A DNA stretch of 64,000 nucleotides from a virus (Duplodnaviria; Heunggongvirae; Uroviricota; Caudoviricetes), in the IMG/VR virus record IMGVR_UViG_3300037423_001636, positions 13,169-77,168 of that record; one strand, written 5' to 3'. Every line of letters starts with the position of its first letter. The first letter of the stretch is position 1. A model generated the notes under the pieces. The model was given only the letters and a program-made list of their open reading frames with translations. It was not told where the DNA came from and did no database searches. This document shows positions 18,323-27,416 of this stretch, in pieces. The position numbers and the translations under genes are program-made.

Positions 18323-18368
18323 TAGGGACAACTCCCTATAGCATTCTAACGCAACATTCTGATAGACT
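18323..18368 (+). promoter_or_regulatory. palindrome + promoter element 7
   Basis: TAGGG-N6-CCCTA ... TGA TAGACT. Confidence 0.8.
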
Positions 18369-18377
18369 GAACGTCTA

Positions 18378-18740
18378 ATGAACCAAGAACGACGCAATTC
18401 GCTTACGAATGCCGAAAAAGCCCTCGACAAGCTCCTCTCCCCAGAAGTGCTGGCAGCAATCGCGCTCGTACAGAATACGGCTGAAAAGCTGACCGAGTTG
18501 AAAGACAGTGTGTCCGAAATCCGCGACGCAGAGCAGGAGTCATATGATAACATGCCTGAGTCCCTGCAACAGACCGAACGCGGCCAAAATTCGTCGTCCG
18601 CCATTGAGGCGCTAGACGAAGCAGTGGACGAACTCGACAATGCTGAAACCAGCTTGCAAAGTCTTGCCGCAACACTGGACGAAGTGCGAGAAAAGATCGA
18701 TCAAGCAGTCGGGGCATTGTCGAATGCGGGCTCTTACTGA
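18378..18740 (+). CDS. conserved coiled-coil phage protein
   Basis: MN..RR..EQESYDNMPESLQ..ERG. Confidence 0.75.
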   Translation: MNQERRNSLTNAEKALDKLLSPEVLAAIALVQNTAEKLTELKDSVSEIRDAEQESYDNMPESLQQTERGQNSSSAIEALDEAVDELDNAETSLQSLAATLDEVREKIDQAVGALSNAGSY

Positions 18741-18757
18741 TTCAGAGAATTTCTTAC

Positions 18758-19240
18758 ATGAAACCATTCCTAGTCAGAACCACTGAAGACTGGCAAGACC
18801 TCCCAGCCGGCTCTGGCGTGTGGGTGGAGCGCATCAACAAACGCACTTACCGAGGCACATGGTCCTACAACGCCGCCAGTATGCTCGTTACCATCCCTAA
18901 GAACATCTGCGAGCGGCCACGTGATGCGCGCAAGCGTGTTCCGAAACACGTACCCCGCATCGTGGAAGACATTCGGGATCAAAAAACAGGGCAACGCCCG
19001 CTGATCCGCCGCTGTTTATGCAAGCACCTGAACGGTACGTGGAGTTGGAATGCGATCGTATTTCAGAATGCTCCGGTCAGCCGCGCCATGACCAATCGCG
19101 GGTTTATCGAACTGGCATGCTGTCGCATCGAGCCTCGAAACGCAGACTCTACGCATGACACAAAAGCCGAAGCTGAGAAAGAGCTGAATCGTGTGCTTAA
19201 AGTCCTCGGTCTACACAAAGCTGCGGCTCCGGCCCCGTGA
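18758..19240 (+). CDS. hypothetical protein
   Basis: ORF in gene string. Confidence 0.6.
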   Translation: MKPFLVRTTEDWQDLPAGSGVWVERINKRTYRGTWSYNAASMLVTIPKNICERPRDARKRVPKHVPRIVEDIRDQKTGQRPLIRRCLCKHLNGTWSWNAIVFQNAPVSRAMTNRGFIELACCRIEPRNADSTHDTKAEAEKELNRVLKVLGLHKAAAPAP

Positions 19241-19497
19241 AGACTTCGACCACTAACGACCGCGGCGAAATCGTAAACGGTCATCTATTGTTGACTGGTA
19301 GTGATACCGTCATATTCCTTCCCCACCGCGATAGGTTTGGACCGAATCGGATTGCCTTTCAATCTGCTGAAATCAAGATAAGTAACGAAGCGATTACCGT
19401 GCTTGGTTACATCAATACGGGGGATAGAGATTCTGAAGGCAGAGAGCTATTCATTCGAGTGGAAAAAGCGTTCTATCTGCCATCCACAAAAGACTGA
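19237..19497 (+). CDS. hypothetical protein
   Basis: GTGA-coupled. Confidence 0.55.
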   Translation: MKTSTTNDRGEIVNGHLLLTGSDTVIFLPHRDRFGPNRIAFQSAEIKISNEAITVLGYINTGDRDSEGRELFIRVEKAFYLPSTKD

Positions 19498-19529
19498 GGC
19501 CCAACGACAGCGGGCCGGCGGCAAGCATT

Positions 19530-19574
19530 TGGGGTATTTCCCCTATGGACAAGTAGGTCTGGAACTGATAGGAT
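19530..19574 (+). promoter_or_regulatory. palindrome + promoter element 8
   Basis: TGGGG-N6-CCCTA TGGACA N17 TAGGAT. Confidence 0.75.
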
Positions 19575-19581
19575 GTTGCGC

Positions 19582-19932
19582 ATGAAGACTACTTCACTTA
19601 TCCGCCCCGCATCGCTCATCCGAGGTCTGCTGCTCGCCGCAATCCTCTGCGCATCATCTGTTTGCCCCAGCGCCCGCGCCCTGCCAAGCGAGCCATTACC
19701 AGAGATCGTATCTGCAACATCAACGAATATCATCTTCTACGTCTACGGACTGTTCTATGGCCGGGATGTGGGTGACGCGTATACCGCGCAGCATATACGC
19801 ACGAAGCGCGATTTGGCTCGCGGCTATCGTGATATTGCTCGGATGTTCATGGATTCTGGACCAGCGTTCTCCTATTTCTGGGGCGTGGCCGACGGGCTGG
19901 ACGAGGCAGCGAACCTGCGGGGGGAGCCCTGA
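19582..19932 (+). CDS. putative exported protein
   Basis: Signal-peptide-like N-terminus (..LLLAAILC..ARA). Confidence 0.6.
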   Translation: MKTTSLIRPASLIRGLLLAAILCASSVCPSARALPSEPLPEIVSATSTNIIFYVYGLFYGRDVGDAYTAQHIRTKRDLARGYRDIARMFMDSGPAFSYFWGVADGLDEAANLRGEP

Positions 19933-19940
19933 CGCTGGCA

Positions 19941-19986
19941 TAGGGACTGAACCCTATTGCACTTCTCTGATAGACTCTGGTAGAGT
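19941..19986 (+). promoter_or_regulatory. palindrome + promoter element 9
   Basis: TAGGG-N6-CCCTA TTGCAC N18 TAGAGT. Confidence 0.8.
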
Positions 19987-19992
19987 GGTTAC

Positions 19993-20760
19993 ATGAATTC
20001 AGAATCATCACCGTTCTATCGAATCCCCGCCGTAACCGTAGAATTGTGCCACTACGGAGGCAATTCCAAAGAGCTGGTTACGAAACACGATGAACAGCTC
20101 GCGGCCCGCAAGCAGGCGTTGATTGATCTGTTCACTGAACTATTCCCCGCTCCCACAAGCGTTGGGTTCAGCCACGATAAATGGAACATCTATCCTTGGA
20201 TCGCGCTCCCCGGCTATCGAGTCAATATAGACGAAACAAATCACGGCTATCTGCGGCTGACAGTCCGTTGGAGTTTCCACCGCTCCAACTCCACGATAAG
20301 GAAGATTAAACTCGTGCGCGAAGGTCAGGGCGATCTGCTGGACAAGCTGAAGTTGAATAAGGCTGTCAGCGACATCATGGCGCAGTGGGAAGAGAAGGCG
20401 CAGCGGGAGAAGGCGGCGCGCACCACAGAGGAACGCAGAAAGACCGCGGCGGCAGAACAATTCGCGATCACACGCCTCCAACTAAGCCTAGATGGAGTGC
20501 GATTCGACGAGGTTGAGGAGAAGGAGTTGCTGCCGACTCAAGGCGACATTCTACTGACCGATAACGCCCACGGCCCCCGTATCCATGTGGCGGGAAACAC
20601 ATGCTACCTCCTGCTGGCGAAGCACCCTTTTGACGACGCACATCAGATTCCATTAAACACGGTCCACGAATTCATCGAGCTGTTTAAGCGGGCGGAACAA
20701 TGGCTCAAGCAGGAGATCGCCGCCAAAGCAGACGCTGAGGGGCAAAGCTCCGCAAAATGA
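19993..20760 (+). CDS. hypothetical protein (255 aa)
   Basis: Leaderless-type start; ends in the element's TGA. Confidence 0.75.
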   Translation: MNSESSPFYRIPAVTVELCHYGGNSKELVTKHDEQLAARKQALIDLFTELFPAPTSVGFSHDKWNIYPWIALPGYRVNIDETNHGYLRLTVRWSFHRSNSTIRKIKLVREGQGDLLDKLKLNKAVSDIMAQWEEKAQREKAARTTEERRKTAAAEQFAITRLQLSLDGVRFDEVEEKELLPTQGDILLTDNAHGPRIHVAGNTCYLLLAKHPFDDAHQIPLNTVHEFIELFKRAEQWLKQEIAAKADAEGQSSAK

Positions 20761-20803
20761 GGGGTATGCCTCATAGACTTAGCACACATCACTCTGCTAT
20801 ATT
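20758..20803 (+). promoter_or_regulatory. palindrome + promoter element 10
   Basis: TGAGG-N6-CCTCA TAGACT N18 TATATT. Confidence 0.8.
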
Positions 20804-20809
20804 GTCACC

Positions 20810-21208
20810 ATGAATCAGCCTGCTAATCCTCTCACCCTCACATCAGCCAACGTCGAAGCCATCTTCCTCGACTGTCTATTTAAACCCGAAGAAGATACGT
20901 CGAATCATGTTGTTGGTGAAGGCGTGATGCAAAACTTCGGCTTCCACCCCGTCCGGCTCGAATCGCACAAGGACGAGATCAAGACTCTTCTCCATCAGCT
21001 CAACGACGCATTCCTCGTTAGTAAGGGCGGCGGCTGGTCGTTCTTGCAGGCATGTGTGACGAAAGACGGCAAGCACTGGGGAGAACACATGAACGTGGAA
21101 CAGCTCATGGCGTTAGGAATCGCAACAAATCAGGCTAAATTGCTTATGCCGCGAGAATTATGGAACATCATGCCCGGCGGCATGCCCTATTTCTCCGTGA
21201 TGGATTGA
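20810..21208 (+). CDS. conserved phage hypothetical protein
   Basis: FGFHP.RL..GGGWSFL..C..GGMPYF. Confidence 0.75.
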   Translation: MNQPANPLTLTSANVEAIFLDCLFKPEEDTSNHVVGEGVMQNFGFHPVRLESHKDEIKTLLHQLNDAFLVSKGGGWSFLQACVTKDGKHWGEHMNVEQLMALGIATNQAKLLMPRELWNIMPGGMPYFSVMD

Positions 21209-21226
21209 GAAATACCCTTCACCCCT

Positions 21227-21523
21227 ATGCCGATCAACCAACAGAAATCCGCTCTCGCCCGAGCTGACCGCTATACGCGTGAAGCACTGGACGCCATCCG
21301 CACGGGAAAGGGCACGGCGGAAGGTCTTTTGATGAACGCGCTTGGCGCGCTGAATTTCGCCGGGAATAGTCAGCAGAAGCTGATTGATGCGTGTGAAGCC
21401 GTAATCTCTGCCGCGAACCGAGAGACAATCGTGGCCGGCAAACACAAACTGACGGAGGGAAATGTACTCATTCAGACGGTGAAAGATGCCGTCGCCCACG
21501 CCAGCGGCCCCGGTATAGACTGA
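21227..21523 (+). CDS. hypothetical protein
   Basis: ORF in gene string. Confidence 0.6.
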   Translation: MPINQQKSALARADRYTREALDAIRTGKGTAEGLLMNALGALNFAGNSQQKLIDACEAVISAANRETIVAGKHKLTEGNVLIQTVKDAVAHASGPGID

Positions 21524-21528
21524 TCACC

Positions 21529-21843
21529 ATGCGCTTCATCCATTCCAGCCGCCCGAGCAACGCCAACGCCGTCGTATACGAGCTTGAATTCCCCCGCTTC
21601 TCAGGCGGCGTCAGCTCGGCTTGGAACACGGACAGAGTGTGGCGTTACACTGCGGACAAAACGCAGCTCAAACCCCGTGTAACCATACGAGCCGATACTT
21701 CCGAGATATATGGAGACGGCTCCATCAAAACGCTGCTCATCGAAATGACCCCAAAGGAAGCGGAAGAAATGGCGGCTAGCCTGCTCGACATGGCGAAATC
21801 GGCGCGAGAGACGGCGGCAAAGAATGGCGTGCCAGTAGAATGA
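21529..21843 (+). CDS. hypothetical protein
   Basis: Ends in the element's TGA. Confidence 0.6.
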   Translation: MRFIHSSRPSNANAVVYELEFPRFSGGVSSAWNTDRVWRYTADKTQLKPRVTIRADTSEIYGDGSIKTLLIEMTPKEAEEMAASLLDMAKSARETAAKNGVPVE

Positions 21844-21885
21844 GGCAAGCACCCTATAGACTATCCACTCACAATCTGCTATAGT
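21841..21885 (+). promoter_or_regulatory. palindrome + promoter element 11
   Basis: TGAGG-N6-CCCTA TAGACT N17 TATAGT. Confidence 0.85.
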
Positions 21886-21892
21886 CTTTCCC

Positions 21893-22381
21893 ATGATCAA
21901 ATCCTCTTACTACTCCCGCCGATTTCACTGCGCTTACCTCTACCCGGATGGCCACGCGGTCATCGTGTATGAGAAGCACGACAACGACGCTGGTGAGGTT
22001 CAATTCGTCGAGATTCACGAGCGATTCTTCACTCATGCGAAATTCCTGCATTTCAAGGGTCGCATCGTCTGCTCCAAGCTGGGGCTCGTGAACCTCATGC
22101 AAGATGCGGTTGCTATTGAGGCAACTGGCCCGCGAATTGAGGACGGCACGCAGAAGACGATCGCCATGGGGATTCCCGTTTCCACCCTGAATGTCCAGAC
22201 CAAGGGTGGCACCCTTCACTTCTACGATCTACACGGGCTCTGGAGTGGAGACTTCACCTACCAGCCCGGCGACACGTATGCAGAGACGTTTCGCCCCGAC
22301 ATTCTCGCCACCACGTCAGTCTGGGGAACTCACCATATCGCACGTGTTGTGCCGGCCAAGGCCGTCACAGTGTCTGTCTAG
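21893..22381 (+). CDS. hypothetical protein
   Basis: ATG 7 nt after -10. Confidence 0.7.
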   Translation: MIKSSYYSRRFHCAYLYPDGHAVIVYEKHDNDAGEVQFVEIHERFFTHAKFLHFKGRIVCSKLGLVNLMQDAVAIEATGPRIEDGTQKTIAMGIPVSTLNVQTKGGTLHFYDLHGLWSGDFTYQPGDTYAETFRPDILATTSVWGTHHIARVVPAKAVTVSV

Positions 22382-22411
22382 CCAGACACGCCCCGGATTC
22401 GCAGAATTTCA

Positions 22412-22651
22412 ATGAGCACAAATACCCTACAGCCGCCGAGCGCAACTCGTCCTCCCTACACCGGGATGAACGCAGCTGACTTGCGAAAAGCCTTGAAACA
22501 GGAGATTCGCTGGTTTCAGTCCATCCCCCAAAAGGGCTCATTCAGTGGGCTCGAATCGGCAAAACGTCTGGATCAGATTCAACAAGAGCTAACCCGCCGC
22601 CGCCTACGGTTCACACCCTTCGTGGCTGAGGTCAAGGTTGAGGTTGGTTGA
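22412..22651 (+). CDS. hypothetical protein
   Basis: ORF in gene string. Confidence 0.55.
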   Translation: MSTNTLQPPSATRPPYTGMNAADLRKALKQEIRWFQSIPQKGSFSGLESAKRLDQIQQELTRRRLRFTPFVAEVKVEVG

Positions 22652-22665
22652 TTTCACCAATTCCC

Positions 22666-23160
22666 ATGAACAATCGCAAGAATCAAACTCAATGCTCTGT
22701 CTGTGGCGGAAAAGACCTCTCCGCTGAAGAGCTGGCTGCCCGACTCAAGCTGATCGAGGAGTGGCAGGCCAAACAGATGGAAGACTATGGATTCTACATT
22801 CATTTGGTCCCCGATTCCTTTCCAGATCGTCGGCTTATCAACGCGCATACGCACGGACTACAGTCATTCGGGCACTTAGACCTTCAGCTTGTGCTCAATA
22901 TCGGCGAGCAGAATATCAAGGGTATTTTCCATCGATGTGTTGAGCTGATCAAACAAGGTCGGCAATTCGGCCGAATGGACAACGGCCATTGCATCGACGA
23001 GTCTGAGATCGCGCACGGGTATCTAACCCGATTCATTTCGGCAATCGAGGACGATCGTCCCGTCTGGCGATTGGTCGTCCCGGACAAAGCGGGAAATCTG
23101 GATGAGAACAAGCTTGCGGAGCCGTATTCTCTGCAATATCGGTTTAGGATGGGTGAATAG
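22666..23160 (+). CDS. DUF4262-like protein
   Basis: YGFYIH.V...NAHTHGL..FGH.DLQ..PDKAG. Confidence 0.55.
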   Translation: MNNRKNQTQCSVCGGKDLSAEELAARLKLIEEWQAKQMEDYGFYIHLVPDSFPDRRLINAHTHGLQSFGHLDLQLVLNIGEQNIKGIFHRCVELIKQGRQFGRMDNGHCIDESEIAHGYLTRFISAIEDDRPVWRLVVPDKAGNLDENKLAEPYSLQYRFRMGE

Positions 23161-23204
23161 AGAGAGGAGCCGTCTGCACAACAGACCGCGCCGCAGGCGC
23201 TAAA

Positions 23205-23249
23205 TGAGGTATACACCTCATAGACTCTGCGCCGAAAATCTGCTAGAGT
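23205..23249 (+). promoter_or_regulatory. palindrome + promoter element 12
   Basis: TGAGG-N6-CCTCA TAGACT N17 TAGAGT. Confidence 0.85.
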
Positions 23250-23255
23250 GGTGGG

Positions 23256-23417
23256 ATGAAACGGATTGCTCTACGCAGCACTCATTCCCGCCGGCACCCC
23301 CAGACCGGGGCCGTCTTCCTCGCGACGACCCTCATTAGCGTTCCGGTCTATTTCGCAAGTGGAATCATCACAGCGGTCCTGTGGGTACTCCTTTTCTTTC
23401 TCGCTATCTTCGGCTAA
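23256..23417 (+). CDS. small membrane protein
   Basis: 53-aa leaderless-type ORF with long hydrophobic C-terminus; absent from ORF track. Confidence 0.55.
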   Translation: MKRIALRSTHSRRHPQTGAVFLATTLISVPVYFASGIITAVLWVLLFFLAIFG

Positions 23418-23451
23418 ACTCAATACCCAACTCTCTACCCTATTCCATCCC

Positions 23452-23835
23452 ATGCACACGATCCCCCCTATCGTCACGAAAGCAGCCAACGCTACGGCAC
23501 ACGCCGCAGTGAACACGGCCTTGCATCCGATTCAATCCACGGCGGCCGGCATCCATCAGATCAACGAGCTGCGCAAGCGCAACCGCCACTTCATTGTTGG
23601 CGCAGTCTTCATGGTTAGTGGGAGCGCGTTCGGCAGGTTCGGTCCGATCTTTATCTCCAGCGCCACGGGCCATTTGTTTGTGGATGTTGTGGCCTATCTG
23701 GTGCACGGCATCGGCACGGCACCTTTCGCGTATCATATCATCCGTCGTTTTGCGTTAGAACCGCAGGCAGAGAAGAAGGTGCATCGCTCGCACAAGCGGA
23801 AGACGCATGAAGTTCATGCTGGCGAGGGAATCTAA
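23452..23835 (+). CDS. membrane protein
   Basis: Two hydrophobic segments. Confidence 0.6.
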   Translation: MHTIPPIVTKAANATAHAAVNTALHPIQSTAAGIHQINELRKRNRHFIVGAVFMVSGSAFGRFGPIFISSATGHLFVDVVAYLVHGIGTAPFAYHIIRRFALEPQAEKKVHRSHKRKTHEVHAGEGI

Positions 23836-24083
23836 TGCACTCTGAAATCGAAGCTGGTAAGCGCACGGGAACGACCCTAATCATCACGATCGGGATTGCG
23901 GATGCTCGTGCCTACACTGCCGCCAAGATTCGTCGGGCGCGGCGCTGGAAGACGAAGGATGAATTCTGGTTCTGGATCGGCGCGGCTTACGCCTGCCGGA
24001 TGCATCGGATGCATATGCAAGCGGAGAATGCGGCTCGAAATGAGTTGATCTCCTCATTGCATTCGCGCCGGTTAGCGTGCTAG
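23835..24083 (+). CDS. hypothetical protein
   Basis: TAATG-coupled. Confidence 0.55.
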   Translation: MHSEIEAGKRTGTTLIITIGIADARAYTAAKIRRARRWKTKDEFWFWIGAAYACRMHRMHMQAENAARNELISSLHSRRLAC

Positions 24084-24095
24084 ACTGTTCACGCT

Positions 24096-24320
24096 ATGAA
24101 TAATCCCATCCGAATCATCTGCGTCATCGAAGGCGGCATCCCAACGTTCTTTTCGTCCGAATCTACGGGGGTAAACATCACCGTGCTGGACAATGACCAG
24201 CGGGCAATAGGAGAGTTGAACGAACAGGAGTGCGAGCAAATCGAACGACAAATACAGACACTCACGGAAATAGTCTTCGACGAACCGGCCCGTGCCGACG
24301 AGGGCGGGGATGACGAGTAA
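24096..24320 (+). CDS. hypothetical protein
   Basis: I.CVIEGG..V.I.VLD.D. Confidence 0.6.
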   Translation: MNNPIRIICVIEGGIPTFFSSESTGVNITVLDNDQRAIGELNEQECEQIERQIQTLTEIVFDEPARADEGGDDE

Positions 24321-24373
24321 TCCCTTTCACAACCCACACCCAACTTTATTCACAACCCTCAATCACTACACAA

Positions 24374-24847
24374 ATGGGCTTAGACATGTACCTTTCTGCT
24401 TCCCGCTACCTCGCCGGCTGGGAACACGCAAATGCCGCTGAACAGGCTATATTCAACGCTGTCCGCGAAGCCGCGGGGCTCGAAGCGGGTGACATCACTT
24501 CAGAATCACCATCCGGCGACATCTCGTTCAACGTTTGCTACTGGCGCAAGGCGAATCACATCCACGCGTGGTTCGTGAAGAACTGTCAGAACGGCAAGGA
24601 CGAGTGTCAAAGGTCCTCTGTGTCCCGCAAACAGTTGGGGGAGCTGGCCGGACTTTGTGAGACGGTCTGCAAGGATCATTCCAAGGCGGCAGAGCTACTG
24701 CCAACGCAACGTGGATTCTTCTTCGGCGGGACGGAATACGATGAATACTATTTCAAGGATTGCGAGTGGACCGCAAAGGCTCTGCGCGGCATCCTATCCA
24801 ATCCCCGGCTAGAGGGATGGACGTTCATATATCAGGCGAGCTGGTGA
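24374..24847 (+). CDS. conserved phage protein (MGLDMYL / YWRKANHIH family)
   Basis: MGLDMYL, YWRKAN.IH.WF, GFFFG..EYDEYY, YQASW. Confidence 0.8.
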   Translation: MGLDMYLSASRYLAGWEHANAAEQAIFNAVREAAGLEAGDITSESPSGDISFNVCYWRKANHIHAWFVKNCQNGKDECQRSSVSRKQLGELAGLCETVCKDHSKAAELLPTQRGFFFGGTEYDEYYFKDCEWTAKALRGILSNPRLEGWTFIYQASW

Positions 24848-24872
24848 TAATCCTACGGATTCTCAATCAATC

Positions 24873-25082
24873 ATGAAAACTGTCTGGATCGCCTCCCTGT
24901 CCAATATGCCTCTGTTCGTGTTTAATCAGAAACCGACAAAGGCCGATCTTAGGGAACAGTTCAATTTGTTTATGAGGTTCGCTGAGCCAGTGACCCACAA
25001 ACTGGATTGGAGCGTAAAAGAGGTTCCGGTGATTGAATTGCCGCCACGTCGGGCATTGCGCCGGGTCAAGCCCGGCAAATGA
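24873..25082 (+). CDS. hypothetical protein
   Basis: Ends in the element's TGA. Confidence 0.55.
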   Translation: MKTVWIASLSNMPLFVFNQKPTKADLREQFNLFMRFAEPVTHKLDWSVKEVPVIELPPRRALRRVKPGK

Positions 25083-25124
25083 GGAGCATTCCCTATTGCG
25101 CAAACAGCACCTATCTGCTATATT
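25080..25124 (+). promoter_or_regulatory. palindrome + promoter element 13
   Basis: TGAGG-N6-CCCTA TTGCGC N17 TATATT. Confidence 0.8.
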
Positions 25125-25183
25125 CACTCTCGCAATGAAACAGATCAACCACACTCAATCGACTCTCTGAGCCACACACTACA

Positions 25184-25762
25184 ATGGGCACTCGCGGATC
25201 AATTGGTTTTCGCATCGACGGCAAGGACTATCTCGCCTACAATCATTCTGATTCCTATCCCTCCGGGCTCGGCACCGAATTCGTAGCTGAGGTCAAGAAA
25301 CTGATCAAGGACAAAAAGCTCGCGGAGAAAGTCCGCGCCATTCGCCTTGTGAAAAGGGGCGACAAGCCCACCCCCGCCGACGTGGAGAAGCTGAAACCCT
25401 ATACCGATCTGGGCGTCGGCAACCAAAGCACGTCCGACTGGTATTGTCTGCTCCGCAACGCGCAAGGCAGTCTGAAAGCGACGATTGATTCGGGCTACAT
25501 ACTGGACAACGCCACATTCATCCACGATTCCCTGTTCTGCGAGTACGCTTACATCTTGAATCTCGACACCGGCAACGTGGAGTTCTACAAGGGATTCAAC
25601 AAGGACCGGAAAGCCGCGGGGCGCTACGCCGCGATCGAATCGAAAGACCGGGATGGCAAGTTCGAAGAATACTGCGGTTGCGTTCTCGCGGCCGAATTCC
25701 CGGCCAATGCAATCCCAAAAGACTGGGAAAAGAAAGCGTTCCCACCGGAGAAGGACGAATGA
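25184..25762 (+). CDS. conserved phage protein (MGTRG / DSYP family), paralogue A
   Basis: MGTRG..YNHSDSYPSGLG..DSLFCEYAYILNLD..YKGFNK. Confidence 0.8.
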   Translation: MGTRGSIGFRIDGKDYLAYNHSDSYPSGLGTEFVAEVKKLIKDKKLAEKVRAIRLVKRGDKPTPADVEKLKPYTDLGVGNQSTSDWYCLLRNAQGSLKATIDSGYILDNATFIHDSLFCEYAYILNLDTGNVEFYKGFNKDRKAAGRYAAIESKDRDGKFEEYCGCVLAAEFPANAIPKDWEKKAFPPEKDE

Positions 25763-25803
25763 GGGTTTTTCTCACTACGTTACAGCTATTAACCTGATAG
25801 ATT
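25760..25803 (+). promoter_or_regulatory. palindrome + promoter element 14 (degenerate)
   Basis: TGAGG-N5-TCTCA ... TGA TAGATT. Confidence 0.55.
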
Positions 25804-25812
25804 CTTTCATTT

Positions 25813-26499
25813 ATGGGAACACGAGGCAGCACATTCGTTCAACTCGACGGCCAATATAAGGTCGCTCAATACGGGCAGTGGGATCACTATCCGTCCGGTC
25901 AAGGCGCAATCGCTCTTCACTTCCTCCATTCGCTTAAAACTGAATCAGATTTGCAGAAGTTCCGGCAGAAAGTCCGGGCGCTGATTCCAATCACAGAGAA
26001 AGAACTGGAGGATCGGTGGGTGGAGTGTGGTGCGGCGCGCGATGCATCTGGAATTTCCTTCGGAGTGTCGGATCGCATGAAAGCAAAGTATCCTCACCTA
26101 CAGCGGGACTGTGGGGCGAAGGTTCTCGAATTGATTGCGAAAGACAAGATTCCTGATAGCAACGTTCAACTCGACTTGGAATTCCCAAAAGACTCCCTGT
26201 TCTGTGAGTGGGCTTACGTAATCGATCTCGACAAGAACACGTTTGAGGTCTACAAGGGTTTCAACAAGCGGCCCCTGTTGAAGAATGCACGGTTCTATTT
26301 CGACGGTTATCACGATGACAAGCTTCACGACCCAAAGGAATATAACAAGAAGAGCAAGGGGAAGCCATATCACTACTATCCGATCCGCCTCAAGAAATCC
26401 TACAGGCTGGACAAGCTTCCATCGCTTGGCAAACTAATTCTGGATTGCGAGGGCAAGGAAGCCGCGGCGGAGTGGGAGAAACGCAATCTGGCAATCTAA
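25813..26499 (+). CDS. conserved phage protein, paralogue B
   Basis: MGTRG..QYGQWDHYPSGQG..DSLFCEWAYVIDLD..YKGFNK. Confidence 0.8.
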   Translation: MGTRGSTFVQLDGQYKVAQYGQWDHYPSGQGAIALHFLHSLKTESDLQKFRQKVRALIPITEKELEDRWVECGAARDASGISFGVSDRMKAKYPHLQRDCGAKVLELIAKDKIPDSNVQLDLEFPKDSLFCEWAYVIDLDKNTFEVYKGFNKRPLLKNARFYFDGYHDDKLHDPKEYNKKSKGKPYHYYPIRLKKSYRLDKLPSLGKLILDCEGKEAAAEWEKRNLAI

Positions 26500-26504
26500 A
26501 CACC

Positions 26505-26687
26505 ATGTTCCCTCGCTACACTCACACCGATCGCTCTGGCATGAACTGGCGATTCGCCGGCTCGCGCCCCATCTCCGCCCTAGCTGATTCCGTCATGGCA
26601 GAATGCGGATTTGAGCCGAGTAAAGATGGAGCGGGGTGGAAACCGAAAAAGGTCCGGCGTAAGCCGCACAAAACACGGTCCAAATGA
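26505..26687 (+). CDS. hypothetical protein
   Basis: Ends in the element's TGA. Confidence 0.5.
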   Translation: MFPRYTHTDRSGMNWRFAGSRPISALADSVMAECGFEPSKDGAGWKPKKVRRKPHKTRSK

Positions 26688-26730
26688 GGTCTACTCCTCA
26701 TTGCGTTCCCACCTGTGAATCTGATAGAGT
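26685..26730 (+). promoter_or_regulatory. palindrome + promoter element 15
   Basis: TGAGG-N6-CCTCA TTGCGT N18 TAGAGT. Confidence 0.8.
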
Positions 26731-26739
26731 GATGGCGTC

Positions 26740-26961
26740 ATGAAAACCTATCTACTCGTCATCAACTTCTTCAATGGAACCGTGTTCCAAGCAGAGCGCG
26801 AGTGCAAGAGCTGGCGCGGAGCCAAGCAATGGGAGACTAACACGATCAAGCGGGAGACTAAGGCCCGCGGCTCCGACTGGCAAAAGCGCAGTCTCGGAAT
26901 TAGCAGCTGGCCCGGCAACAATGCGTTCAATCGGTGGGTGGAGGGGAAAGCGGTAGACTGA
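26740..26961 (+). CDS. hypothetical protein
   Basis: Near-leaderless ORF. Confidence 0.6.
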   Translation: MKTYLLVINFFNGTVFQAERECKSWRGAKQWETNTIKRETKARGSDWQKRSLGISSWPGNNAFNRWVEGKAVD

Positions 26962-26973
26962 ATCTAATCAATC

Positions 26974-27186
26974 ATGAGAACCACACGCGCCGAGTTAGAT
27001 GAACTAGCCGCCAAATGCGGACTGCAAATCCAGCACGATTGCGGGGGCTATCGAGTCGCGCGGGGTGGCGCTTATCTCTTCCCCGACACCGGCATCTGCC
27101 CCACGGCTACACGCAAGGAATGCGCGATATTTCTCCGGGGCTATCTCGTTGGGGTGAGGAATGTAACGATACGGTCAACAATCTGA
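26974..27186 (+). CDS. hypothetical protein
   Basis: ORF in gene string. Confidence 0.6.
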   Translation: MRTTRAELDELAAKCGLQIQHDCGGYRVARGGAYLFPDTGICPTATRKECAIFLRGYLVGVRNVTIRSTI

Positions 27187-27199
27187 AGCAAGGATGATT

Positions 27200-27244
27200 T
27201 GAGTAGTCTACCCTATAGATATTTCGTCCGCAATCCATTATAGT
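27200..27244 (+). promoter_or_regulatory. palindrome + promoter element 16
   Basis: TGAGT-N6-CCCTA TAGATA N17 TATAGT. Confidence 0.75.
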
Positions 27245-27252
27245 CATGCGTC

Positions 27253-27414
27253 ATGAAAAGCCTTTTTATTCATTTGGTCATAACTGCGCTGGCTGTTGGT
27301 TTGGCGATTGGTGCTTTTAAGCAAGAGATGCCGCCTATAGTGACGTATCCTTTGCTCATGGTTGCCATGGCGTTTGGTTTGGCGTTAGTAGTGCGGCTAT
27401 TCTTGGAGGACTGA
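27253..27414 (+). CDS. small two-helix membrane protein
   Basis: 53-aa MKSLFIHLVITALAVGLAIG..; absent from ORF track. Confidence 0.55.
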   Translation: MKSLFIHLVITALAVGLAIGAFKQEMPPIVTYPLLMVAMAFGLALVVRLFLED

Positions 27415-27416
27415 GT

